A stretch of DNA of 64,000 bases, taken from the IMG/VR virus record IMGVR_UViG_3300005323_000042, positions 1 through 64,000 of that record; one strand, written 5' to 3'. The number at the start of each line of letters is the position of its first letter. The first letter of the stretch is position 1. The position numbers and the translations under genes are program-made. Positions 19,601-29,600 of the stretch are shown here, in pieces. The notes under the pieces were generated by a model that was not told where the DNA came from, searched no databases, and saw nothing but the letters and a program-made list of their open reading frames with translations. The stretch is from a virus. Its lineage: Duplodnaviria > Caudoviricetes.

Positions 19601-22246
19601 GTCTTTCTGACCAGATTTCCAGTATATATCAGAAATATTCTCGAGTTCATCAATCAGTTTCAGGATACAATCTTTTACCTGTAACTCTTTTGCTTCTTCT
19701 ACGTCGGTATGAGTATTTGTATTTGTAGCGCAGGTGCTGTCCTTGTATTTATTAGCAATCCACCGTACAGTTTTATAATTATCATCAAGAGCAGATGCAA
19801 CTTCACCGCGTATGGCATTGGCAGCCTCTGAAAGATGTATTGCATAACTCGGTGTACCGATACTTGTGCCATCTGTTGATGGTGGGGTGACTGTATTTGT
19901 AAGTTTACGGTCTTCAAGCCAGGCTGAAATTTTAAATGAAGACTTGCTAAAAACGAGTTGCAACAGGTCTTTATAATATCCTTCTATGGTTAAGTTTTCC
20001 TGTCCAAATCCGAAGGCTTCGTTCATCTTTTCACGTACCTGTGTAAAATCGGTCATTGCAATACTTACCAAAGAAGCACCTGGAATTTCGGGACTTGTTT
20101 GAATGTTTACGTTATCGACAATAAATCTATTGCCACCCTGAACAACATTTATATAACCATGCTTGATGCCAAGTCCGTCAACAGACGCTACTTCTCCGAA
20201 TCTTATCGTATTATCAGATATAATATTGAGTATCTGTTGAAGCTTTATAAGTTGCGCATCGCCTGCCTCTCCATTAATACTTATATTCATATTGACTTTT
20301 TCGACATGTCCTCCAAGCCATTGATGTGTTGCATATTTATAACCTGACAATGGTATCCGCGGAATTTCGTTATAACCGACATTACTCAAATATGCAATCT
20401 GAAAATTCGTATTTGTCTTTAAGTCAACGGTCCATTTATGTGCAATACGTACATAAATAGTATCTGTATATACATTGGGCCTCAGTATATCAAAACTACC
20501 GGCGGGGAGTGAATTTAAAAAATTCTGCACTTCCTTTGTTTTCTTTGATTCAGTATCATTTAATACGACAACAGTTTCAGTCATCTTCTCTTTTGACACT
20601 GCAGAAACATTTACTTCCGGCAAAACATTTGGATTCGCAACATTGATATTATCATTGTCCGGAATGCCCATATTATAACCTTTGTAATAGGTAGTAGATT
20701 TTTTACTGGTTGCTGTTTGTTCTTCTTTCTGAGTCTTGACAATTTCTTCAAGTTCTTTTCTTGACTTGGCTGCTGTTTGGTAAGATGTGGTGTCAAAGAT
20801 ATATTTTTCGGGATCCTGTCTCGTACCATGATATATTACTTCATAGTGCAGATGTATGCCGGTTGAATCGCCTGTACTTCCGGTATTGCCTATATTCTGT
20901 CCTTTAACAACCTTCTGTCCGGAATTTACAGCAAAGGAAGACATATGTGCATAGAATGTCTTATAACCTGATCCATGGTCGATCTCAATACAGTTGCCGT
21001 AACCTCTTCTGGAACCAACAAAAGAAATGATTCCCGCAGCTGCAGCCGATATAACTTTCGGACTTCCGGTTGCAATATCTATTCCTGTATGCATTTTATA
21101 TGTCTTGTGTATAGGATGTAGTCTCATGCCGAATTTACTAGTTATCTTTCCACTTACAGGTTTAATGGAAGGGGTAGTATCAAGACTGTCTGCTATAATA
21201 ACTTCATCAATAGCTCCTTTTGGAGTGTTTGCCATGAAATCTTTTACAATTACTTTTGAAGTCTGGTCCGCAGTCAGATACTTTAATTTTAATTCGAGAT
21301 ATGTAAAATACTGGAATTCAATACTATTATTATTAAGATCATGATTGTATTCGTTTAATACAAAACCATTATCGGATATACGTCTTTCAAGTGTCTTATA
21401 TTCTTTTGCAAAGAACTCATAGAAGGCTTTGCTTTTACCTGTAGTAAATACAGCCGATGACGGACTGAATATTTTTCCGTTGACGGCATTCGGATGACGA
21501 AGTATAATTGTATTGTCACCATCTTTGCCTAAAGGACCACGTTTATAATCGCCGACAAAAACAACTCTATCCATAAACGGCAGGTAGTTAAACAACAAAA
21601 AATCAAATGTAACGCGTATGATTTCAGGAGATTCAGGATCTGTCTCCATCTGATGGGATTGATATGTAAGCATTATTTCAATGTCTTCGTTATCTTCAAT
21701 CTGATCTCCTGTCACTTCTATGGCGGCTGCAACGAGGCGTTTGCGCAAGTATTCATTTCTCACATGGCAGAAAGGCATTGTCCTTAATTGTGTAAGCAGT
21801 GGAATGAGTTTATAACGGATTTCATCACTTAGTGTAACCGGTTTATTTTTGATATTAACAAGAGGATTTGCAGTAAACAACAGCGAGATACGAACTGAAA
21901 TTTCTCCATGTCCGGTATCAAGTTTAACAGAATGCTTGCTTCTTATCTGTGGTATATCTATAGAGTTATTATTAATACTTACCGCAATGTCCTGTGGCGG
22001 TATTGTAAACCAGATATCATTTATTAACATTGCCCCCGGTTGACTGGAAGCTTTAGCCGCAAGTGTATTATTATATTTTTTGTAATTAGCCACAAAAGAA
22101 TCTGACCGAAGATAAGTCTGCAGGTCATTGTCAAATATTCCTTTCTCTGCATTTGACGTATATAAATATTTGCATACTTCCTTGTACCAGGTGTCTTCAA
22201 GTTGTAGAATAGATGAAGGAGCATTTTGTGATTTGGTAGTGGACAT
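16655..22246 (-). CDS. Giant baseplate hub-like protein with internal M23 (LytM) peptidoglycan endopeptidase (1863 aa)
   Basis: M23 motifs HTGIDIA, GYGNCIEIDH, TFYAHM, GSTGDSTGIHLHYEV at ~20800..21160; hub-type EGTTIQCRMGYSNNINELNTVFNGQVTAI at ~18480..18570. Confidence 0.8.
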   Translation of the reverse strand: MSTTKSQNAPSSILQLEDTWYKEVCKYLYTSNAEKGIFDNDLQTYLRSDSFVANYKKYNNTLAAKASSQPGAMLINDIWFTIPPQDIAVSINNNSIDIPQIRSKHSVKLDTGHGEISVRISLLFTANPLVNIKNKPVTLSDEIRYKLIPLLTQLRTMPFCHVRNEYLRKRLVAAAIEVTGDQIEDNEDIEIMLTYQSHQMETDPESPEIIRVTFDFLLFNYLPFMDRVVFVGDYKRGPLGKDGDNTIILRHPNAVNGKIFSPSSAVFTTGKSKAFYEFFAKEYKTLERRISDNGFVLNEYNHDLNNNSIEFQYFTYLELKLKYLTADQTSKVIVKDFMANTPKGAIDEVIIADSLDTTPSIKPVSGKITSKFGMRLHPIHKTYKMHTGIDIATGSPKVISAAAAGIISFVGSRRGYGNCIEIDHGSGYKTFYAHMSSFAVNSGQKVVKGQNIGNTGSTGDSTGIHLHYEVIYHGTRQDPEKYIFDTTSYQTAAKSRKELEEIVKTQKEEQTATSKKSTTYYKGYNMGIPDNDNINVANPNVLPEVNVSAVSKEKMTETVVVLNDTESKKTKEVQNFLNSLPAGSFDILRPNVYTDTIYVRIAHKWTVDLKTNTNFQIAYLSNVGYNEIPRIPLSGYKYATHQWLGGHVEKVNMNISINGEAGDAQLIKLQQILNIISDNTIRFGEVASVDGLGIKHGYINVVQGGNRFIVDNVNIQTSPEIPGASLVSIAMTDFTQVREKMNEAFGFGQENLTIEGYYKDLLQLVFSKSSFKISAWLEDRKLTNTVTPPSTDGTSIGTPSYAIHLSEAANAIRGEVASALDDNYKTVRWIANKYKDSTCATNTNTHTDVEEAKELQVKDCILKLIDELENISDIYWKSGQKDVYGINIHLNADVQKVINDNKTGMQLYEVLKLWVSKYSEILYKYFPSIQKLYPAEIKAEIGTIKQSAYMDFQLPPTITPDYYFYQPRKYFDSYSNQKKELRHKKEVEKIVERFQQYTKQLSTYSYSTNNDNIIKALIGNDSSVDSMKFYVDNNGSTPYTSKTAHNLTHEISQTVANKSTALNKKFQVNNIYPNLADSSDRRIENSINVQMFKNGQSENYLSYSEDDTFVSTLFKRRAAANSSVERMFDMTRCFPVYKIYIIEEDTTEKLYPLRQQDLNEMFGLNAIQEIRLVQHSDQPIDVITIRFIDLTGKFTSARYKPTPNTENKDTVVRDTELENPLRGIMLQEGTTIQCRMGYSNNINELNTVFNGQVTAIDGHNHEFEMICQSFGAELVYDIKMKEEPDDITTLNAETKEIINWCITQPEIMHFGRWKLNNASNLQFSEGTSGVNLLGYYSKIRPDGRKQLVWTWAKNEGDLNIMAPNESNLEGIYTELNKLVESPLSTIWSFIKNPLGEIYNGVNLTYMIYRLTCWDMIQEMTYRYPGYVAKVLPFDMRNTLFFGPPDSPYFCRSVTANEMFKLRESLNNPKVEAARRIVEAYTDYAKNGYQYLAQATDYSLNLYSPLNSISNTFSSMAVNNLQKYNTNRDKLLRAEEIVEAAETPRLNTLRSFRNYFQVTSETNLISNNMRADYRDVYTNIAVSYSTNSKDDKDERKDWSSGAWFASVVECKMNDFLQEEDIRTTSIEFPNCINEGGLTGAYRYGAAELWRQSKKLYKGQIDTLGEPSMKPYDYMIISDDQTDTYGPVEVRTHIISMTPSEGFISSVEPSMVSTVSDLVSMTNLDALMSMFAGDRGQDLLERSVGGILPVAGYTASAASAAHLLTGLGSVFTAAAPLSIGGIAVVAATSILWMQLASKVLQLAKNREPIYLQPVIRHGVPFIMGMNTYKTGGLIQWVENEFKVFNDGFNNFTTVFGSAIKELFET

Positions 22247-22264
22247 TATTTTTCTCCTGTGGTT

Positions 22265-25200
22265 TTATCTAGACCAGGAATTGTATTTCTCTTCTTTATT
22301 AAGATTATTGATATGTTCTTCATCGGCAGATTGGTTTCGGTTAATGAAAGTATTCTGATTAATAAATCCCATTTTACCTAACTGCATTCTGATTGTCTGT
22401 GCATTACTGGAAACCGGAACAGTACCACGTATACTGTGTTTGAAACCTGTGCCTCTCGGCTGATACACGGCGCCTGTTGGCGGATCAATTGCTTCTGCGC
22501 CCTGTGGAATCTGTTTTTGTGATTCTTCACGTACTTCCTGTTGCTGCATGGCATTATCTCTTGGTCGCAAGAGATAACCGGCAGCCAAAGCTCCACCCGC
22601 GATAAGTTGAAATGTTCTGTTCTTTAAAACCCTTGGAGCCGTCTCGGCAATCACATCACCAAGAGTATTGGATGTTCTGCGGAATGAATTGTCTACAGGC
22701 GTTATATCGTGCAGTGCGTTTACCTGGGCATTACTTATCGGTATAGACCCGATATCATTCATCCGCCCATGAATCCTGTTTACCTGATCGACATTATGAA
22801 CCTGTTTGGTAGCATATTTTAAATAATCTGCATAATCAATTTTGACTTTATCTCCGGACTTTAACCAGTTCTTAACATCATCTATCGTCGTAAAGTCATT
22901 GAATATATTACCTAATTTTCCATTGAATTCAACATCAAGGGCGCCACGTTCACCGGGAAGATGCTCGTTCATCTTTGCAGTGTACTGCATAAACTTTTCG
23001 GCCCTGTTCTCAAGCTTTCCTGAAGCAGAGTCAAAAACACTAAGATAGTCAGCTGCATCCACTTCGTTTGTGAAGAGTTTACCGCCGATAAACATTTCAG
23101 GAGTCGACACTGCCATATGGTCAAAAGCCCGTGCTTTTTCCCAGACTCCTATTCCGGTATTATCAAAAGCCTCTGCGAGTTTTGAATTGAAACGCATCGA
23201 ATATGGATATGTTTCATTATATCCTTTTGCAATGTTTCCGGACTCAGTAAAGGCAGATTCAATATAACTCGATATATTCTTGCTCATTCCTTTGACTGTT
23301 GACTTTTTGTTCAGGTATGTCTGTCTTATAAGTGGAACGGCAACAGAGTCGGATTCCTCGATCATCTTTGCGCGCAATGCTTCACTCTTTGGTGTCAGTC
23401 CAAGCACAGGATCAAAATCCTTGTCAAGCATTGCTTTAGACTGTACGGGATCACTTACATGTACGGTAAGATCGTCTATAGCCCCATGAACAATCGACCG
23501 AACATTTTCATCATATACACCGCCGCTTGTCATCATAAGATCTTTCATAAGCGCTTCTTCATCTATTGCCCTGGCAACAGTAACACCCTCTGTTCCGTAG
23601 GCGGGATGTCTTGTTACAACTTGTGGAATACCCTTACGCATAGCTGTCTCGCGCAACTCTGCGCCCTGCAACCCGCCTTTTTTAAGTTGTTCATACAATT
23701 CTGTCTGTTCAAGTATCTGTGTGAAATTCTTACTTGAGTATCCGGCAAGATCTTTATTCACAACACTGTCTATTGTAAGTCCATATCTGGAAAGTGTTTT
23801 CTGTACGGCGCCCGGAGAACCCTCCTTGGCTATAAGCGTTTCAAGAAGGCCCTTATCAAATACACCTCTGCCGCGATAAACTTTCATTGTCGCATCTGAC
23901 ATTGCAGAAGTTAAATTAACATGTTGACCAAGAACATTAACCCACGACTGCTTAAGGTCGTTATATAATTCTTGCTGACCATCCCATCCTTTGGAAGCGG
24001 CCATCAGATAATCACGCGTGGTTTTTGAAAGTAGTTTTCTTATTGGTTCATCCTGAGATGCAAAGCCTTTATTGCTTACAATGTTTGTCCAGTGAGATTC
24101 TGTTGTAGAGAGGGGAACATTATTGCCATTGATAGTGGTATAAAATGCGGCATTGTCAGGAATAGGTTTGTTTTTCCATTCAGTCATACCCTGAGCTATC
24201 TGCATCGCTCTGTTTCTTGCAACCTTTGTACTGGTTGATGTAAGTTCTTCAATTGTTTCTGTGCCGCTGATGTCCGCCCAATTAAGCTTAATATGTCGTC
24301 CCTCAATAGGCTTATTAAGAACCGGCATAAACTCATTGTATAATTCATGCATTACCTTCTTATTATAATTAAAATGACTACGCACGAAATCTGCAGCAGC
24401 ATTCTGTTTTGATACACTCAGTGTATTTTCCAGAATTGAGTTTACCTGCACTTTATTGGATGGATCAATACCCATCAGTATTGGACTCTTGTCGGTTGTA
24501 TAAATATCAGTATTTATACTTGCCATACCGCCTGTCTTCTGTTCGTCTTCACTTAGCAATCTCATATAAGGTGCAAGGGCAGGATTTTTTTCTGCAGATG
24601 CTAAAGTTTCAGCGTTGGTCAAAGACCGTATACGGTTAAAACTATCGCCACCTTTTCTTATGCCTTCCTTCAGAACCCTAAAATCACTATCAAGCATTGT
24701 ATTTAGTTCTTTATGGAATTCCGGTCTTACTGTTTTATGTTTGCTTATCATATTATCAAGCATTTCGGTTGCGCGGGCAGCTGCAACCTTGTTTTTGCTT
24801 GATGTTGTATTTATTAATTTTATTGCCGACTCTGCATTAATATCACCGGACTGTATTACATCTTCGAGCACCATTCTGGCAGTAACGAGTCTTCTCATAT
24901 GTTCCTGTCTTAACCGCATTGAATAGATTGATTTAACAGTGCCCCAGTTTTTACCAACCATCCCAACTTTACTTCTGAATGTAGTATCAAGTCTGATACC
25001 TTCGTTTGTCAAAGAAATATCGTTCAGCAATACCCTTCCTCGTCCGACCCGAACTTTGCCGGTAGTTGTTTCGAGAATAGTGCCATTATCAAACATATCC
25101 TTTAGCGCTATGCCATTCTTGAAACCTCTTGCATCCGAATACTGCTGAAGAATTTCCGGCATATTGCCCTGGCGTATCATGTATTTAAGTTTTTGTCCGC

Positions 25201-26548
25201 GTGTAGCATTTGCAGCAAGCGAAGCATGAGACTTGTTTCCCATCTTCTCATAGTAAAAATCGAACAGGTCATCGAAAAATGACACCGTCTTCTTCGGCAT
25301 TATAGCATCTTCCAGTTTTAGTGTTATCGGATGATTGCTTAATACTGTTTTACTTGCAAGTGATTTATTAATCCATACATCTTCTTTTCCAAGGTGTGGC
25401 ATTGCAACACCGCCAACATCATATCCGGAATCAGTCAGCGCATCAAAGATTGCATCGTTTGCGCTTAACCGCAGAGTAGGTACCGGAATGGCATTTGTAT
25501 TATTCAGGAGGTCCAGTGCGAATCTATTTGGAGCAGCGCCCTCTATTCTGGCAGATTTATTTAACATCTGGTGCAGGGCATGATTACCTTCTGCGACACT
25601 TATCTCTTTGGCAATACCAAGATCAAGATCAGGAATATTGAGCCTTGCGCTTGCAACCGCGTCAACTGATTTTAAAAATGTCGGGGAAGTTTTTCCTCCG
25701 TATGTTTCGAAATTTCTATTAAAGTTCTCAACATATCTTTTTCTTTCCCTGCTATTTTTCAGACCGTTTGGTATTACGGTATTCATATGTGCTTTGGTAA
25801 TATAACCGCTTGGAGTCATATCCGGTTCATGAAGAACATATTTGTTTATATCCATATTGAGTTTTTTAATCTCTTTTTTCTTCTGATATGTCTTCATTGG
25901 GGAACTGAGAATTTCATTTACTTTATATAGTTTATAAGTATTGAAATCCATCGCATTTGAACGTACGAAAGAAGTAATGTCGCCTGAAACTTCATTGTTT
26001 AATATTGCCCTGGTGGCATCTTCCGGCAGGAAGAACTGCGGTACATAATATTGATGACCGGCATTCGTAGATGCAATCCGGATAGCACCATTGTCAGAAA
26101 CAAAACCTAATGAGATACCATGTTTTTTCTTTCCGGTGTGCATAACAATTTCTTTGGCGCCATTCTCATATATTTTCACACCAAAGTGAAACTCATTATT
26201 TGTTAAGGACTGAGTATATTCAATAACATTCTGAAAACTTTTATTACCCGCCTCACCATATATTAATTGATTCAGTTTTTTTACATCTGTAACTTTTAAA
26301 TACTGACCATCAATAACGGCATCTGCAAAACCAACATCTGCTATATTGGACATCTGCGTTGCAAGACTCTCATCAGGCACAAGAGGTGTATCTATCCAAC
26401 TTTTATGACTGGACCCCATCCTGTCTTTGCGTCCTTTAATATCCTGATAGGTACGGTACAATTCCTTGGCGGCTATACCGCCGGCCCCGATCATTCCGAG
26501 AAGACCTATATTAGCGCCTATTGATGATGTGTATTGGGATTCTGACAT
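22265..26548 (-). CDS. Putative virion-associated single-subunit two-barrel RNA polymerase (1427 aa)
   Basis: Motifs in beta-then-beta' order: VAMPHLGKEDVWINKSL (E389/D390), GKNWGTVKS (K533/K539), YRGRGVF (R894), VVTRHP (R980/P982), LDKDFDPVLGL (D1042/D1044/D1046); located in the tail module next to the tape-measure-like gene. Confidence 0.7.
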   Translation of the reverse strand: MSESQYTSSIGANIGLLGMIGAGGIAAKELYRTYQDIKGRKDRMGSSHKSWIDTPLVPDESLATQMSNIADVGFADAVIDGQYLKVTDVKKLNQLIYGEAGNKSFQNVIEYTQSLTNNEFHFGVKIYENGAKEIVMHTGKKKHGISLGFVSDNGAIRIASTNAGHQYYVPQFFLPEDATRAILNNEVSGDITSFVRSNAMDFNTYKLYKVNEILSSPMKTYQKKKEIKKLNMDINKYVLHEPDMTPSGYITKAHMNTVIPNGLKNSRERKRYVENFNRNFETYGGKTSPTFLKSVDAVASARLNIPDLDLGIAKEISVAEGNHALHQMLNKSARIEGAAPNRFALDLLNNTNAIPVPTLRLSANDAIFDALTDSGYDVGGVAMPHLGKEDVWINKSLASKTVLSNHPITLKLEDAIMPKKTVSFFDDLFDFYYEKMGNKSHASLAANATRGQKLKYMIRQGNMPEILQQYSDARGFKNGIALKDMFDNGTILETTTGKVRVGRGRVLLNDISLTNEGIRLDTTFRSKVGMVGKNWGTVKSIYSMRLRQEHMRRLVTARMVLEDVIQSGDINAESAIKLINTTSSKNKVAAARATEMLDNMISKHKTVRPEFHKELNTMLDSDFRVLKEGIRKGGDSFNRIRSLTNAETLASAEKNPALAPYMRLLSEDEQKTGGMASINTDIYTTDKSPILMGIDPSNKVQVNSILENTLSVSKQNAAADFVRSHFNYNKKVMHELYNEFMPVLNKPIEGRHIKLNWADISGTETIEELTSTSTKVARNRAMQIAQGMTEWKNKPIPDNAAFYTTINGNNVPLSTTESHWTNIVSNKGFASQDEPIRKLLSKTTRDYLMAASKGWDGQQELYNDLKQSWVNVLGQHVNLTSAMSDATMKVYRGRGVFDKGLLETLIAKEGSPGAVQKTLSRYGLTIDSVVNKDLAGYSSKNFTQILEQTELYEQLKKGGLQGAELRETAMRKGIPQVVTRHPAYGTEGVTVARAIDEEALMKDLMMTSGGVYDENVRSIVHGAIDDLTVHVSDPVQSKAMLDKDFDPVLGLTPKSEALRAKMIEESDSVAVPLIRQTYLNKKSTVKGMSKNISSYIESAFTESGNIAKGYNETYPYSMRFNSKLAEAFDNTGIGVWEKARAFDHMAVSTPEMFIGGKLFTNEVDAADYLSVFDSASGKLENRAEKFMQYTAKMNEHLPGERGALDVEFNGKLGNIFNDFTTIDDVKNWLKSGDKVKIDYADYLKYATKQVHNVDQVNRIHGRMNDIGSIPISNAQVNALHDITPVDNSFRRTSNTLGDVIAETAPRVLKNRTFQLIAGGALAAGYLLRPRDNAMQQQEVREESQKQIPQGAEAIDPPTGAVYQPRGTGFKHSIRGTVPVSSNAQTIRMQLGKMGFINQNTFINRNQSADEEHINNLNKEEKYNSWSR

Positions 26549-26569
26549 AATTTTTTCTTATATTTAATC

Positions 26570-26577
26570 GTGGACTC
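26570..26577 (-). promoter_or_regulatory. GAGTCCAC leader motif upstream of the putative RNAP gene
   Basis: Same core as the motif in the leaders of the capsid, decoration and tube genes; 21 nt upstream of the ATG. Confidence 0.35.
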
Positions 26578-26606
26578 GTAAAATTGCTGTGAAGTAAGTG
26601 AGTGTG

Positions 26607-26627
26607 CCCGGCGAAAGCCGGGTTTTT
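26607..26627 (+). terminator. Plus-strand (antisense) intrinsic terminator-like hairpin
   Basis: CCCGGC-GAAA-GCCGGG followed by TTTTT on the plus strand, between two minus-strand genes. Confidence 0.55.
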
Positions 26628-26628
26628 A

Positions 26629-29600
26629 TTAATAGTGAAACAATCCCATATCGCGCATTTTCTCGCGTATATCTTTCTTATTATTTTGCTTACCTTGAAA
26701 GTCTATAACAGAAGATCCTCTTATGGGAGTAGAAATTATCCTGGCATCATGCATACCAAGGTTTGTAAGATAATTCTGTATATCATTTTTCGAAGTTATT
26801 GAACTGGAACTGGGAACAGGTGTTGGCATATCTCCGTAAAGATCTGTCGTTGCGTCGAGTATTTGTGCCTGCCGTTCGTCTTGCCGCCAGAGATCAAAGT
26901 CACGAATATTCTTGCCAAGATTATTGGCTACCTTAACTTTGAAAGCATTGAGATTAACGTCGGGAGCGTAACCTATAAAATTTCTATCAGGTACATTATT
27001 TCCGAGTACAACCGGTTCCGTAGTAGTTTGAACAGGCGCCATATTGCTTTCTAATTGTTTTGCAACATCCAGATCATGCATTGTCATTGCATCACTGTGT
27101 GCCCAGTGGGCATTTAACACCTGTGCTGTCTGAGGATTAATTGTTTGTAATATCTGACTGCGTTTATCAGTTTCTGTTTCGCCTGCAAAAGCAGCGAAGA
27201 ATCTTTGTTCTCTTTTTGGAAGCAGACCAATTGCATTGGATATATTGGCCAACGGGTTAGAACCCTCAAGTGCCGCACGCTTACCGGACCTGTAATATGC
27301 CGCGGCTTCAAACTCGCCTTGCTCGGATGCGACATTGGCTTTTTCCTCAAGTAGTCTGTTTTTCGCAAATTGCATTGCCGAAAAGTAACTGTCCAGTTCC
27401 GCATTTTCTGCAGTTTCCTTTGGAATAAAATTACCAAAGGTAAGGATGTTCATTGTTTTATTGATGGCAGGTTTAATAAAATCCTTGTAAGGATGTTCCC
27501 ATGATTTAAATGATTTGTCGAGCAATACCATAGATTTATATTCTGTCATAGGATCTACCGGACCTGAAAACTTGTGCATAGGTGCAATTGGATAGAGAGA
27601 TTCTGTCGGAAGCATTCTGCCTGCTTTCTTTACGGCAAGCCAATAAGCACCGAGTGGACCGCTGCCGGTATCGAATCTTGTATCATTTTTTACTTCCTCT
27701 TCTCTGCGTAAGGTTTCCTGGTAGAGATTCACACCGGCCTGATTAAGCTGGTTATTTATTATCTGACTTTCAACTGCGTTTCTGAACATATGATATTCAG
27801 CAGAATACGGGGCAACATCGGAAAGAATCTGCATTTTATGTACAGCAGGGTAGTCGTCTGGATTCAATCCGCTCAGGTAAGGATACAAAGTTTCATAACC
27901 TCTACCAGGCAATCTCAATTCACCATTTTCAATAATCGAGAAAGGGTCACCGTACTTAAGATCTTCACGTCCTATCCATTCGGGCATTTTGTTTCTGATA
28001 GCTGCATGAACATATTCGGTATCATAATCTCTGTCTGGGTTTAATCTTCTATACCATTCGTTTAATCCGGCCAGATCTCCAACGTTCTGATCCCAATAAG
28101 AACGTTGTGCAGACATGATTCTACCGGAAGATTCATAACGCATGGAAGGAATTATGAACGATTGTCCACTAGCCATCGTATCTTTGACAGACCTTAATGC
28201 AAAACCCTGTAAGCCAAAGGTATCAGTCAATGATTTGCCAAGTTCAGATGCATAGCCCTGAACAGTTGACGGGGAAGTAATCGTCGGATAAATTCCCTTT
28301 GTACTTATTGCATCGATTCCATTTATAGATTCCGGTATATCCGCTGTAATCTGTGGCTCCTGTGCCGGATGTAATTTGCCGGCTGTCTCCGGATGTGCAA
28401 GAACAGTTGGCTTCAATACCTGCTTTAAAGGACTGAATAGTTTTTCGGGTAACCCTGCACCATAGTCTGTTGGCCCCCAGTAAGCATAAGGCCGTTCCTC
28501 ATCAAGCGCACGTTCCATATAATATGGATCAAACAATCTTTTTATAAAACGCTTAACAGGTTTATTATAATATTCTTCAGGCATGATGCCTTTTTCACGG
28601 GCGTCAGTTTTTGCCCGGACAGTCCAATGCGGTTGATAATAATCTATTTCTCCGCCTTCAAACGGAGTATTACCCATAGTCCAGAACCGTCCTCTGCGGA
28701 CAGGTATCCATTCTTCACCATGATAAATTTTATTAAGTTCTTCGGGCGTCTTATTGGATCCAAGGGAACCAAGCAAGAATGGAGTAATGACAGCAGCGCC
28801 AATTGCAGCACCGGTCATGGCGAACGCGCCAACACGACCTTTGCCGGTAAGATTAGCAAGACGTGCCGCTTTGCCGGAGATACCACCTAAACTTTCTGCC
28901 TTATAAGCAAAATCAAAGAACCATTTTGGTGCGGCCATTTTTCCATTCAATGGCGCCCTGCCGACATTAGACAGTCCTGCAATAGTACCGCCTGCAATAG
29001 CGCCGGTCAGTAGCACCGCAAGAAGCCCCGTAAACTTATGTGTACCAGGAGCTTTCTCTTCCTGGTATTTATTCAGAGCAGTAAGTCCTGTTTTCTCAGA
29101 GACATGGGAATATAATTTTGTTACATCCTGGTAAGCCTGTGCGGCTATACCTTTTGCATCAGTACCAAGGACTGATTTTAATACTGCATTACTTATTTTC
29201 CATGCAGCTATACCGGCAATGATTTTTGGGAATCCATGTGTAATATGGCGTTTCCATAATCTTGCTGTATTACCACGAAGATAATTTGCACCACCTACAC
29301 CAAGCTGGTCGCGAAAATATTTATTGTATAACGATCCGACTTTCTTAAATGTTCTTCCACCAAGACCCTGGTCAGCTTCAAGTGCCCGGTACCACTTGGT
29401 CTTTGACAGGTTGCCGAATAACTCCATAGGGTTATCAAGCAAGCGCATATAATTTTGTGTTGCAACAGTTGTCCATGCAGAAGCGGTTTCGCCGAATGCC
29501 CGAAGTTTTGATGTACCACCGGTTATTACAAAATCACTGTCAGGAATATGCAGATTATATTGTTCATATAATGCTTTGGTAAACCTCGACATTCTGTTTC

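Noticed and set aside
22265-26548. Plain tape-measure annotation for the 1427-aa ORF
   Set aside because: It lacks tape-measure periodicity and carries ordered RNAP barrel motifs; the upstream 1168-aa gene occupies the tape-measure position.
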